Origin: a virus
DNA length: 64,000 bases
IMG/VR virus record: IMGVR_UViG_3300030012_005163
Span: 64,001-128,000 of that record
Direction: 5' to 3' (one strand)
Numbering within the stretch: the first letter of the stretch is position 1; each line of letters begins with the position of its first letter. The translations under genes were made by a program, and so were the position numbers. Shown in pieces: positions 56,601-64,000 of the stretch. The notes under the pieces were generated by a model that searched no databases, was not told the DNA's origin, and saw only the letters and a program-made list of their open reading frames with translations.

Positions 56601-58870
56601 TTAATTTAGAAGTAGATAATAATTCTATTGGTAGTATACCTCCAAATGATATTGTAACTAATCTTACAACATTACCAATTATGGATGATAGTAATCCAAT
56701 ATGGACATTTAATCCACAAAATTATAGTGGGGTAATTATAGGAGGTTCTCAATATTATAGTAACCTTTTAGAAGATTCAATAACAGTTGCATTGATACAA
56801 CAAGGATTTAGTGGTTTAGATGCAGTTTTTGAACCGAAGTGGCAAAATTTCGAATTAAAATTACCTCAAAGTGTTATCGAAAATTTAAATGGTGCATATC
56901 CTAATAAACAATTTTTCTTATCATTTATGTTGGAGCAATATGAATGTAATGTGTGTTTATTGTTAGATAATATACAAATTAATTATAAAACATATGATAT
57001 ATTACCTTTTAATAATACTGCAGGTGATGGTTTACCAGAATTGAGTTGTGTTATAGATAATAGAAAATCTTGGGTGTATGTGGGTGATAGTATAAAACCC
57101 GTTAGTTATTTACCAGATGGTGAATGTCAAAAAAATGAAGTAACTTGTGCAACTCCTTTACAAATAACTGCACAAAATAGATTATGGCAAAATTTAGAGT
57201 ATAGATATACTGAATATGACTTTAATCATTCAGACTTAATTATTAATTCTAAATCCGCATCATTCCAAATAGATCCTTCTAAGTCTATTGAGTGTGACGT
57301 TTATAATTTTTGGAAAAATATAGACTGTGATGAATGTCCTTCTCCGTGTACCAGTGGTGATAGTGTAACTTATGAAGGAGAATTTTTATACACTGGCGGA
57401 ACATCCCAAAGTTATAGTATCCCATTATCTGCAACGTCTACTGGTACTATGTTAAGTGATTGTGAAATTTTTAATAGTACGTTAAAAAATATTGTAGAAA
57501 ATATAAAGGAAGAGTATTATACATTAACCGCAGATTATCCTTCTTCATTAAACGCAAGTTATTACGATTTAATTGAAAAAGGTGGTAGTAGTGAAGAATT
57601 ATTAATTGTAGATAATGATTGTAACACACAAACTTTTGTAATAGGAGATAGAGAAAATCTAAATAACGATCAAAGGTTAATTGTTGAGGAAGGTGATGGT
57701 ACTATATCATTATTTGGTTTATATGTTTATAGTGGTTCAACACCATATAGTGGTGGTGAAATAACAGATATTATCAGTGGAGTTTCTGCACAAACCTTTA
57801 ATCAAACATCTGATATGACTGAAGAATGTTGTAAAAATTTAAATACAATATTGTCAAATAAAGGTAAATATGGTTTAGGTTTAGATAAAGACTATGTATG
57901 GAACGAATCACTCAGTGGTTGTACGTGGAGAGAAATAAATGATGGACAAGGGGATTGTACTCATTGTGGTAATACTACACATTCTTCATTTACAGGAACT
58001 AGTAGTGGGGTTACTTGTGAGGTGGTAAATAAAACAATATGTGTAAATCCTTTAGATTTCTTAGATCAACCACCTTCTAAAATTAAAGTAAAAGAAGTAT
58101 TTGACGAAATGGTACAAAGTAATCTTATAAATGCACAAAATAGACAAACTATTAGTGGATATCCTACTTTAAAATTATTTTACGAACTTTATTTAAAAGC
58201 TAGTAATTGTGGTGAACAATATAGTGGTAAATTAACATATAATAACCTATTCCAATTTATGGATTTAATAGGTGATTATTGGTTAGAGTTAATTGAACAA
58301 GTTATACCATCTACTACAATAATGGAAGGGTGTGATAATTCTGGTAAGGTTTATAGGAATACTATTTTTGATAATAATAAATTTGTTTATAAAAAATATG
58401 CGTTAAATTATTTAGAAGTGACAAATGATTGTACTGTTAGTGGGGTAACTGATAATTCTATAGGACAAGAAACAGTAGATGTGGCAGTAGAGGAAATTTG
58501 TTTAGGTGGTGGTTGTTTACCACAAGAAAGTAATGATTGTCAAGAAGAAATTCTACAATTACAACAACAAATAAGTGATTTACAATCTCAACTAGAGACT
58601 ACTACTAATCAAATAAGTGCAACACAATTAGCAATTAATACCATTAAAAATGATATTAAAAATTTAATCTTTGTTAATAAACCTGCTAGAGAACAAAAAG
58701 AAGTCACTCAAAAAGAAAGGGAACAAATTAAATTACAACAAAAAGAAAAAGAAAGTTTAAGAGATTTAAAAAAGATAAAACAACAACAACAGAATAAAGA
58801 AACGGAGGCTAGAGTAAAAAGAAATATAAAGGAACAATCTACCTCAATAAAAAGAAATAGTAGAAGTTAA
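50612..58870 (+). CDS. 2752-aa giant baseplate wedge-like protein (gp7/tail-I-like motif) with Cys-Cys repeats and coiled-coil inserts
   Basis: LYRRLILNVAWLWKSKGARKAIEFLFRFIG (52091-52150 region) resembles the gp7/P2-gpI-type KSKG motif; six CC pairs; long heptad regions. Confidence 0.7.
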   Translation: MPHNNQNNNQTNNNSNKVIKVTGYAKRKFFDGGIEYRDFSDDLVGLQLTNEGGTPLFTLGNFKVTTNLSPKLNKTYNQGTYSDFFSLDDLDDGQQISLKVQKNQKAGLNLDITNPLSYILYGSAEEKIRVSLEYINEYFPAAIYVDNVIGTVSGNNITNYSYDSLSDESTFYINTNYFNNPFNIKYTVDRKNTSDEDTSNPLRNLTLNHKNYVVEHNGISKKIKFLTGSTTTTNGIIRVVVDGNPFPEITGINFSQFTFLNGASNASIPFFIKPNEIQSENFFAGLNNLEKNILNRNVYPIYTATFSTPKETSQGVIVYSDEKLTFPILSDGYNLNFFDGLYVTYLNNLISIGENLDKFKTDIIKRKYTAEVITGFDTLPSGDGSEDLELDGAKATKLLRIYGIEFDEIKKYIDGIKFAHVITYDKKNNTPDSLVKDLANMLGFGEFDFLTDANILKNVLPSNGVGLMSGTSTNLSLEEIDIELYRRLILNVAWLWKSKGARKAIEFLFRFIGAPESLVNFDEYIVLADKPVNISQLKSMLYVYTGSSDLKDLPFDSDGYPLPTPNGEKVLIGFDNTTTPPSPIYDTSWFQKEGGWYRETGGLNPPIDITEGNNAHEGPYDRGSFYMNQFTTSIYPNDITSNFITLTGNTIYQNQFFNYNDGFINGTIDNDILYITPINPLNNQIITEGLEIEFSIVPSPPISGGTTIFQDLCIQAKEEYDAWVELIKENCELVYSPEWFRVQQNYIVAKNNLNKEISSRNGNDNDALEICINFDCDSIEVVQNPCEQYTMVEDDGLIYFVDENGNQVNFDSFPQCCVAAGGEYFSYINQSGQESLFCAKEPPCIGKPINTTGEAVVWEIEGVNAVPDNIIEIRPSTKPVPQYEDKCIRQSNRVRFDSEESRIKFLQDCTTRLRLESGVGESNGISGCYQLTEAGEFYFGFKSKANNTEFTTRISKNEAPYVVYDKNSKPVGYIPNTTGISLISEGVSAMNYVKRNKGIIYPTYKQSFSQSTRNNPQNALDNYLAEVRAGKDVPSFPKYFKPIDCDGKSTTLISSEECCAYYGFDHYYVNITQEDGSVTSVVYCRGRQNDVGELPIDETKPNDSTSPRPKPGKGGKGELYNPTKGIDKEIETINKEQKEVTKKIENSRTLTNKQKSNLRLEKINLEQRKIDLSTQKQKLNVKNTRTIQPALEKGYTKYVPGSNLNAVTTKGDEISVIKDRKGVYNKGIKDNKGDKVTTDFGSPFGNPDLQDITNWKLSSVDQYGRITFTPVDRNDSSILNWESTSESGADLYKECCLSKGYAFGEFQINPANNELVPYNGQPNSFTNGATFNACIEPTHTPCDDTTDVKLIFGSNGSDGFFLPENTESNEVTIKFDYMIKYDAESLINCAGIEVCPLPLDLYTNSIYNLDCRNFIVFTQSEEYKNILQKNVLYIDTDIVPNSEESLDLTKPDKDGIPNLIPYWDTNNIQVWQTPGIQQTIEDGECCTAYGGEYVNKESWGKVNFENVRAIKNDFDNTLREVYKVGVTSTNFPSWVDDDFKSTASKLLQYTEEVQNILNDECLNYEIFNGQNYCDDFDKIITTEKVCALLVPKKLGGYSEILKEYWRLINQLTLMETQLTICVERNEKIGDLIKEVDKERIKEEVDKEKNKEDSRKSEEELETEYSLKEREFRNIEKQINDITEITIAIDSVKEENLPKINCNIYQDQIKLIQNYNVDEFCRTETNGVSDNPDVVFTAYNRCVERKRLELGQELKKYQELYQNCVKSNVISDEITKATSNNDLVTKDRLTTEYDFTLRNIDELQSTVYCEDINEQNEQLRVTTEQENNIQKNVDIVAKILDVDSDTIRNGNTTDLSTPQKIEVTRILNTQKNVENKLKIKKEEIEKELTKISNDKERIKNELEVEEKDKEEIIKNIKDVKSNLEKELGDKKQINCCRETLSLTQKLLEELKEVRSGVYYETDTLYQQWYLQRYNNYLSYVQSKMATAFDYMDELRLSFNLEVDNNSIGSIPPNDIVTNLTTLPIMDDSNPIWTFNPQNYSGVIIGGSQYYSNLLEDSITVALIQQGFSGLDAVFEPKWQNFELKLPQSVIENLNGAYPNKQFFLSFMLEQYECNVCLLLDNIQINYKTYDILPFNNTAGDGLPELSCVIDNRKSWVYVGDSIKPVSYLPDGECQKNEVTCATPLQITAQNRLWQNLEYRYTEYDFNHSDLIINSKSASFQIDPSKSIECDVYNFWKNIDCDECPSPCTSGDSVTYEGEFLYTGGTSQSYSIPLSATSTGTMLSDCEIFNSTLKNIVENIKEEYYTLTADYPSSLNASYYDLIEKGGSSEELLIVDNDCNTQTFVIGDRENLNNDQRLIVEEGDGTISLFGLYVYSGSTPYSGGEITDIISGVSAQTFNQTSDMTEECCKNLNTILSNKGKYGLGLDKDYVWNESLSGCTWREINDGQGDCTHCGNTTHSSFTGTSSGVTCEVVNKTICVNPLDFLDQPPSKIKVKEVFDEMVQSNLINAQNRQTISGYPTLKLFYELYLKASNCGEQYSGKLTYNNLFQFMDLIGDYWLELIEQVIPSTTIMEGCDNSGKVYRNTIFDNNKFVYKKYALNYLEVTNDCTVSGVTDNSIGQETVDVAVEEICLGGGCLPQESNDCQEEILQLQQQISDLQSQLETTTNQISATQLAINTIKNDIKNLIFVNKPAREQKEVTQKEREQIKLQQKEKESLRDLKKIKQQQQNKETEARVKRNIKEQSTSIKRNSRS

Positions 58871-58881
58871 AATAAACAAAT

Positions 58882-59625
58882 ATGATACCTAAGAATAATA
58901 TAAAAATTAATGAGAGTAAGGTTAATAAGAAAGCGGTACAACCACCCTTAGCAACTAACCCTTACAATCCGAAACCACCTACTTCACCTGCCACTGAAGG
59001 TAATAGTAAAAAACCTTTAACAGGTAGTAGTAAACTTCCTACAGTTGGTGGTGATGTTATAGGTAATACTACTGTTCCTAAACCGGGTACTAAAAAACCA
59101 CCTACCTCACCTATTACAGGTGGAAAACCTAACCTTCAATTAGAACAATTAACAACACAGTTACAATCATTGGTAAATCAATTGGATATTTTGACTCAAA
59201 CAGAAACTTCTTTAAACCAACAAATAGGTGATTTAGATGAACAATTAGTTTCATTACAAAAAGAATGTGAAGAGTTAGCCGCACAACAATTACAAGCAGA
59301 ACAAGATTTCCAAAGTACTAAAAATGATTGTTATTCTTTAAGTGTAGAAATAGAAATGGTACAACAACAACTTATAAATACACCCAATAATAGTGTAAGT
59401 GGTTGTACTTCTAATTCAGAGTATAATAGTTTGTTGGCACATTTAGAAAATTTAAGAGAAAAATATAAAAAGTGTATTGAAGGTGCGGTTGCCACTAATA
59501 TCTCAACATATAATACTGTTTTCATAACTCAAATTTATGAAACTAATGAATATGAAGGAAATGTGACGGTAATTGGTGATGATGAGTGGGATGATAATGA
59601 TCAATTAATAGTAGATTGTGTATAA
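58882..59625 (+). CDS. Pro-rich plus coiled-coil protein, putative structural
   Basis: KPPTSP repeated twice; Gln/Leu heptads; C-terminal beta motif TVFITQIYETNEYEGNVTVIG. Confidence 0.7.
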   Translation: MIPKNNIKINESKVNKKAVQPPLATNPYNPKPPTSPATEGNSKKPLTGSSKLPTVGGDVIGNTTVPKPGTKKPPTSPITGGKPNLQLEQLTTQLQSLVNQLDILTQTETSLNQQIGDLDEQLVSLQKECEELAAQQLQAEQDFQSTKNDCYSLSVEIEMVQQQLINTPNNSVSGCTSNSEYNSLLAHLENLREKYKKCIEGAVATNISTYNTVFITQIYETNEYEGNVTVIGDDEWDDNDQLIVDCV

Positions 59626-59641
59626 AATGAAATATAAAATA

Positions 59642-59649
59642 TATTTATA
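59642..59649 (+). promoter_or_regulatory. TATTTATA putative late-promoter motif
   Basis: 4 nt before ATG 59654. Confidence 0.55.
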
Positions 59650-59653
59650 AATA

Positions 59654-62590
59654 ATGGCGAAAATTAAAGGAAATATTACGAATCCACTTACTGTAAATGG
59701 TAACATTATTGTAGAAAATGAAGTAAGGACAGAATTAGATATTAATTTAAATATTAATTATTTAGCAAATTCACTTTCTCCGTCTTTATTTACTGTAAAT
59801 AATGCGTATTTTTTGGATAATTTTTCTCAGATTAAAAATTTAATTTTTAAAAATGTACCCGTATCTTTAGGTAATGTAGCTTTAAATACTTCATCAGTAA
59901 ATAAATTATGTTTATTTAAATACGAAGTAGACCCAAATGGAGTATTACAGGAAATAGATATATTTGATGATATACCTATGCAATATATTGATGGTGGTAA
60001 AACTTATTTACACTACGGTGCAATAAGTGAAAAGAAAATTTATTTGGGGTGGGAGCCAGTAAGTAATGAAGATAAGTATTCACATGAAGAAAGATCTGAC
60101 GTTTATGGATTTGATTATCCACAGTTTACTCCTAGAGGTACTCGTAAAATCCCTATTTCTGGTAGTAATGATACTTTATGTGGACCTATTACTTACGAAG
60201 GAAACGAATACACATACGATAGATTAAATTATAATTGGTTATTTGGGCAACGAGCAGGAATAAATTTCCAAACTATTGAAACCGGTGCAACACCAGTAGT
60301 TATAACTGGTTCTGTAGTTTCACAAGAAGGTTGTTCTTCAATATCTAATCAAAACGGAGATTTATTATTTTATACAGATGGAAATACTATTTATACAAGT
60401 GGTAATACAGTGATGCTACAGGGTTCTAATTTAAGTAGTTCTGGCACATCTACACAATCATCTCTAATTGTTCCTCAACCCAATAGTAAAAACTATTATT
60501 TATTTACAACAGATTATGAAGGCAATCCTAATGGGTTTGAATATAGTATTGTTGATATGTTAAAACAAGATGGAGAAGGACAAGTTACTTTAAAAAATCT
60601 AAAATTGATTCCTTTTCCTATAACTGAAAAAGTTACTGCTTGTTCACATGAAAATGAAGTAGACTATTGGATAATTACACATACTAGTGGAGATTCTAAA
60701 TTTTATTCATATAGATTAAATACTCGTGGTTTAATTGGTCCTGTTATTAGTGACACAGGAGTTACACATACAACTAGTAGAGGTTATATGAAAACATCAC
60801 CTGATAGTAAAAAATTAATTTCATTATTATATGATGAAAACATAATTCAGATATTAGATTTTAATAATACTGGTGGTACATTATCTAATGAAATTTTAAT
60901 AAGTGGTGATACTAGATTTGGACAAGGACCTTATGGGTTGGAGTACTCGTCTGATTCTTCTAAATTTTATGTCAGTGATGGGGCAGCTAATTTAATTATA
61001 CAATATGATTTGTCTTATAGTTCTGCAACTCAAATGTTAGATAATAGTATTATAGTTGCGGAGTTACCGAAAGATACTAGTTTAGGTGCATTACAAATGG
61101 GCCCTGATGAAAAAATATATGCGGCAGACTATTTAAGAAATTTCTTACATGTAATTCATAGACCTAATGGTTTAGGGGTACAATGTAATTTTAGAGAAAG
61201 AGGTTTTTCACTATCTGGAATTAGTAGTGGTGTTACATCTACATGGGGGTTACCTAATGTGGTAACTAGTAAAACACTCTCTTGTGATAGATATGTGTAT
61301 ATAAGTAAAAGAGAAAGAACACCTTTTGACTTTGAATTAGTAATGAATGATGTGTCAGATGTAGTAACACCTAATAAACTTAACTTTACTGCAGAAATTT
61401 ATCCGTACAATGTGGAATCAGGTGCATTTGATAGAGAACCTGTATATGAACAATTTTATGATTATACTGAATTTAGTGCAATTACTGGAAATAGCGAAAC
61501 TAAAATAAATATACCACTTAATAGAATTGATGAAGGTGAGTTTTTAATTAAAGGTTATTATGATTACCCAATAAAAACTTTATTACAGAGACAGTTAGAA
61601 ATAAGAAGAAATACTGTTAATACATATAAAATTGGTACGGAATATAATATCTATAATCCTGAAACGGATTGGTATTTCTTAAATATATACGAAGCAGATA
61701 AACCATTTTTTGTTAATACGGATATTGCTAGTGGTAATTTAATAGGTAATTTAACAGTTAATTCATTTATTACAACATCAGGACAAACAATATTTGGGTA
61801 TCAGTCTTTATCTGATCCTATCGTAACATATAATGGTGTACAATTAGCAAAAGGGTTAGAATATAGTTCTAACACTGAAACTCAAGGGGCTTCCTTTGTT
61901 GAATTTTATACACCGACATTAGAAAATAGAATTGTTACATTGGCATTTGTTAATGATGGACAACCTGAAAATTTAAAAGTGGATACGTATGTAGTTACAT
62001 CACCTATAGTGAGTGGTGCAACTAATAAACAACCTGATGATATTAAATTATATTATAACACTACAGAAAAGACTTTTGAATATTATTTACCTGTTTTACC
62101 TCAAGGTGATGTAGGATTGTCATTAAATGGAGAACTGTTATCTAATAATATTGAATATTTAATTTCATCTTCAGACAATAAAAGAATTATAATTTTAGTA
62201 GAGGTAAAACCAAGAGACATCATTCAAGTATTTTATAACCCAATAACTGGCTTATTTGGACCTTTACAAACTAATAAACCAACATTATCTTGGACAATAA
62301 GTAACGCACCCATTGTGGGACAAAGTGGTGTGTTTACTGTGGAAGTAACTGATGTAGATGATAAAAACTTTGAAAATATACAATATATTGCAACTACACC
62401 TTATATTATAGGAGAAGATAGTTATTCAGTAGATATGGATTTTAGTGATGCAGTTGCAGGAACAAGATTAATATATAGGGTAAAAAATCAAAAGTTTTAT
62501 ACACCTATTGTTGGAGAAATAATAACAAGTATTGCTTATAGTGACACTGTTCCGATAGAAATAGTCACAAATAAGGGAAATATTTATTAA
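59654..62590 (+). CDS. Tail-associated protein with a beta-propeller resembling Bacteroidota surface proteins
   Basis: NWLFGQRAGINF...EGCSSISNQNGDLLFYTDG...STQSSLIVPQP...LGALQMGPDEKIY...GLPN (60233-61258); C-terminal LNG-x-L repeats. Confidence 0.75.
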   Translation: MAKIKGNITNPLTVNGNIIVENEVRTELDINLNINYLANSLSPSLFTVNNAYFLDNFSQIKNLIFKNVPVSLGNVALNTSSVNKLCLFKYEVDPNGVLQEIDIFDDIPMQYIDGGKTYLHYGAISEKKIYLGWEPVSNEDKYSHEERSDVYGFDYPQFTPRGTRKIPISGSNDTLCGPITYEGNEYTYDRLNYNWLFGQRAGINFQTIETGATPVVITGSVVSQEGCSSISNQNGDLLFYTDGNTIYTSGNTVMLQGSNLSSSGTSTQSSLIVPQPNSKNYYLFTTDYEGNPNGFEYSIVDMLKQDGEGQVTLKNLKLIPFPITEKVTACSHENEVDYWIITHTSGDSKFYSYRLNTRGLIGPVISDTGVTHTTSRGYMKTSPDSKKLISLLYDENIIQILDFNNTGGTLSNEILISGDTRFGQGPYGLEYSSDSSKFYVSDGAANLIIQYDLSYSSATQMLDNSIIVAELPKDTSLGALQMGPDEKIYAADYLRNFLHVIHRPNGLGVQCNFRERGFSLSGISSGVTSTWGLPNVVTSKTLSCDRYVYISKRERTPFDFELVMNDVSDVVTPNKLNFTAEIYPYNVESGAFDREPVYEQFYDYTEFSAITGNSETKINIPLNRIDEGEFLIKGYYDYPIKTLLQRQLEIRRNTVNTYKIGTEYNIYNPETDWYFLNIYEADKPFFVNTDIASGNLIGNLTVNSFITTSGQTIFGYQSLSDPIVTYNGVQLAKGLEYSSNTETQGASFVEFYTPTLENRIVTLAFVNDGQPENLKVDTYVVTSPIVSGATNKQPDDIKLYYNTTEKTFEYYLPVLPQGDVGLSLNGELLSNNIEYLISSSDNKRIIILVEVKPRDIIQVFYNPITGLFGPLQTNKPTLSWTISNAPIVGQSGVFTVEVTDVDDKNFENIQYIATTPYIIGEDSYSVDMDFSDAVAGTRLIYRVKNQKFYTPIVGEIITSIAYSDTVPIEIVTNKGNIY

Positions 62591-62608
62591 TAATATTTAC
62601 ATTGAGCA

Positions 62609-62616
62609 TATTTATA
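62609..62616 (+). promoter_or_regulatory. TATTTATA putative late-promoter motif
   Basis: 18 nt before ATG 62635. Confidence 0.6.
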
Positions 62617-62634
62617 ATAAAATAATAATTAGTA

Positions 62635-64000
62635 ATGAGTTACATAAATAAACAAAATACCGCACTAGTAAGAGTAAAGTTAACTGATATAGGTAGGGAA
62701 CAATTAGCACAAGGAAAATTGACTTATAATTCTTGGTTAGCAGGTGATTCAGAGGTAGACTATAATTACGTTAAGGGATGGAAAGAATTTGTTCCTAGTA
62801 GCGACGCTTCAACCGGAGAGTTTTATTTTTATGGTGGAGATGGTTCAGTAACTAAAAATATTTATTCTAAGGTATTAAGACCTAAAGATGAACAACCTTA
62901 TTTTACATCTTTTTTATTAGACAATAATAATGAGTTTATACAATCTATTGATACTAATAGTAGTCTACAACTAATCAAAGGGGTTGTAAGTAATCAAGCG
63001 GCAGATAGAGGATTTTTCTCAGGATCTACAGTAGATTTAGGTTTAACTGCACAAACTTCACAAAGATTTATTAAGGAAAGTGGAACAATAGATTTAATTA
63101 ATTTTACAGGTGAAATAGATACTACTCCATTTGTACAAGGGGTATTAAGTGGTATAACTTTAACTGCAACTAGTGAAGATGATTTTATTATGTTTAGGTT
63201 TAGTAATCCTACTTTGGGTGACATTACTAATTCAACAATGACTGCCGCAACCATTAATCAATTTTACAATATAACTAGTATTAGTGGTTCTACTATTAAA
63301 GTAGATAGAGAATTACCAATGTTTAGTGGATTTGGGGGTACAATTATTACATATTATACTTTTCCGGGAGGTGACGATCCAGAAGACACATATTATGGAT
63401 TACCTTCTCTTTCTTCTTATTGGAATACAGGTACACTTTCTTTTGATAGTAGTTGTGATATTTGTGTAGAAAATATTCCAGTTTGGAATATGAATAATGT
63501 TTGGACTGAAAATATGGCAGGACAATTTAAAGATGATTTAGAAAATTATCATAGTCATAATTTATTTGGTTCAGAGCAATATGCAGGTACAAAACAATTT
63601 TTAAAATATAACGAAACACCTACTCTAAATTTAAGTAGTGATAGATTATCGGTGAGTTATATGGATCCATATATAAAAGGAATATCAATTATACATTATA
63701 CTAACAGTTGTATTTCTAATTTTTATGGAGAAATGTTTAATATTGATGGTAGTAGTGGAAAATTATTAAATTTAGATATACCAGTATTATGGCATAGACG
63801 AAATGAAGGGACAGGAAGTGGTACTACATTAGGTATGAGATTTGTGAGTGATACTATTGAAAAAACTTTAACTAATACTGATATTGAATACTATGATTTA
63901 ATTGAATTTAGTGGGATGAGTGTCACACCTAATGCACCGTTAGCGGTTGGTAAAGTATTTCCACAACTTAAAATAGTTGTGATAGATAATGAAGAATTAT
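62635..64000 (+). CDS. Tail fibre/baseplate-attachment-type protein, 3'-truncated (absent from the ORF track)
   Basis: Hand translation MSYINKQNTALVRVKLTDIGREQLAQGKLTYNSWLAGDSEVDY... stays open to the window end. LTDxGRxxLA...GD resembles P2 gpH-type fibre N-termini. Confidence 0.75.
   Translation, partial: MSYINKQNTALVRVKLTDIGREQLAQGKLTYNSWLAGDSEVDYNYVKGWKEFVPSSDASTGEFYFYGGDGSVTKNIYSKVLRPKDEQPYFTSFLLDNNNEFIQSIDTNSSLQLIKGVVSNQAADRGFFSGSTVDLGLTAQTSQRFIKESGTIDLINFTGEIDTTPFVQGVLSGITLTATSEDDFIMFRFSNPTLGDITNSTMTAATINQFYNITSISGSTIKVDRELPMFSGFGGTIITYYTFPGGDDPEDTYYGLPSLSSYWNTGTLSFDSSCDICVENIPVWNMNNVWTENMAGQFKDDLENYHSHNLFGSEQYAGTKQFLKYNETPTLNLSSDRLSVSYMDPYIKGISIIHYTNSCISNFYGEMFNIDGSSGKLLNLDIPVLWHRRNEGTGSGTTLGMRFVSDTIEKTLTNTDIEYYDLIEFSGMSVTPNAPLAVGKVFPQLKIVVIDNEEL

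Noticed and set aside
58868-58882. Stop read-through joining the 2752-aa and 247-aa ORFs
   Set aside because: The two ORFs are in different frames, and the second has its own A-rich ATG.
3170-63254. The many short minus-strand ORFs in the track (e.g. 3170, 3835, 4891, 9982, 11293, 13430, 36267, 39920, 44518, 53857, 62994) and the plus-strand 44220..44420
   Set aside because: They lie wholly or mostly inside long, motif-bearing genes, have shadow-frame composition and have no upstream signals.
1-64000. Stop-codon recoding (TAG or TGA read as sense), as in some large phages
   Set aside because: Genes up to 2752 aa are intact in the standard code, and TAG ends genes at sensible positions (35302, 40931, 45994, 50600).
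1-64000. tRNA, rRNA, CRISPR array, integrase/transposase or reverse transcriptase
   Set aside because: The intergenic gaps are short and AT-rich, and I saw no cloverleaf, repeat-spacer pattern or relevant protein motif.

Overview
This AT-rich window (roughly 28-30% GC by eye) comes from a large tailed dsDNA phage with a contractile, distantly T4-like tail. It uses the standard genetic code and is almost entirely coded on the + strand. The host is probably a Bacteroidota: several TTTG/ATTG-N20-TAnnTTTG promoters are present, starts are A-rich with no Shine-Dalgarno, and one tail protein carries a beta-propeller resembling Bacteroidota surface proteins. Gene order: glutaredoxin and SNF2 helicase (minus strand); neck and tail-completion genes; tail sheath; tail tube; a block of large unknown proteins with shared N-terminal leaders; tail assembly chaperone; tape measure; baseplate hub genes; an embedded replication block (SSB, RecA/UvsX, 5'-3' exonuclease, DnaB-like helicase, class II RNR); then gp25, gp6 and very large Cys-rich baseplate/tail proteins up to a gene cut by the window end. 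Main observations beyond the ORF track: (1) a start-less ORF overlapping the chaperone end, reachable by +1/-2 rather than the usual -1 frameshift; (2) an unlisted 52-aa ribbon-helix-helix gene with a heptad-repeat operator, divergent from the sheath gene; (3) a TATTTAT(A/T) motif in front of 15 genes, the reverse complement of the T4 late promoter; (4) a family of putative capsid-cargo proteins with a portable leader ending in L/I-x-E, one with a pre-toxin-like hairpin; (5) a promoter with no gene of its own followed by a ~8% GC tract, a candidate origin; (6) a degenerate GH19 domain in the hub protein. No tRNA, rRNA, CRISPR array, integrase, intron or intein was seen. All family assignments come from motifs recognised by eye, with no database search.
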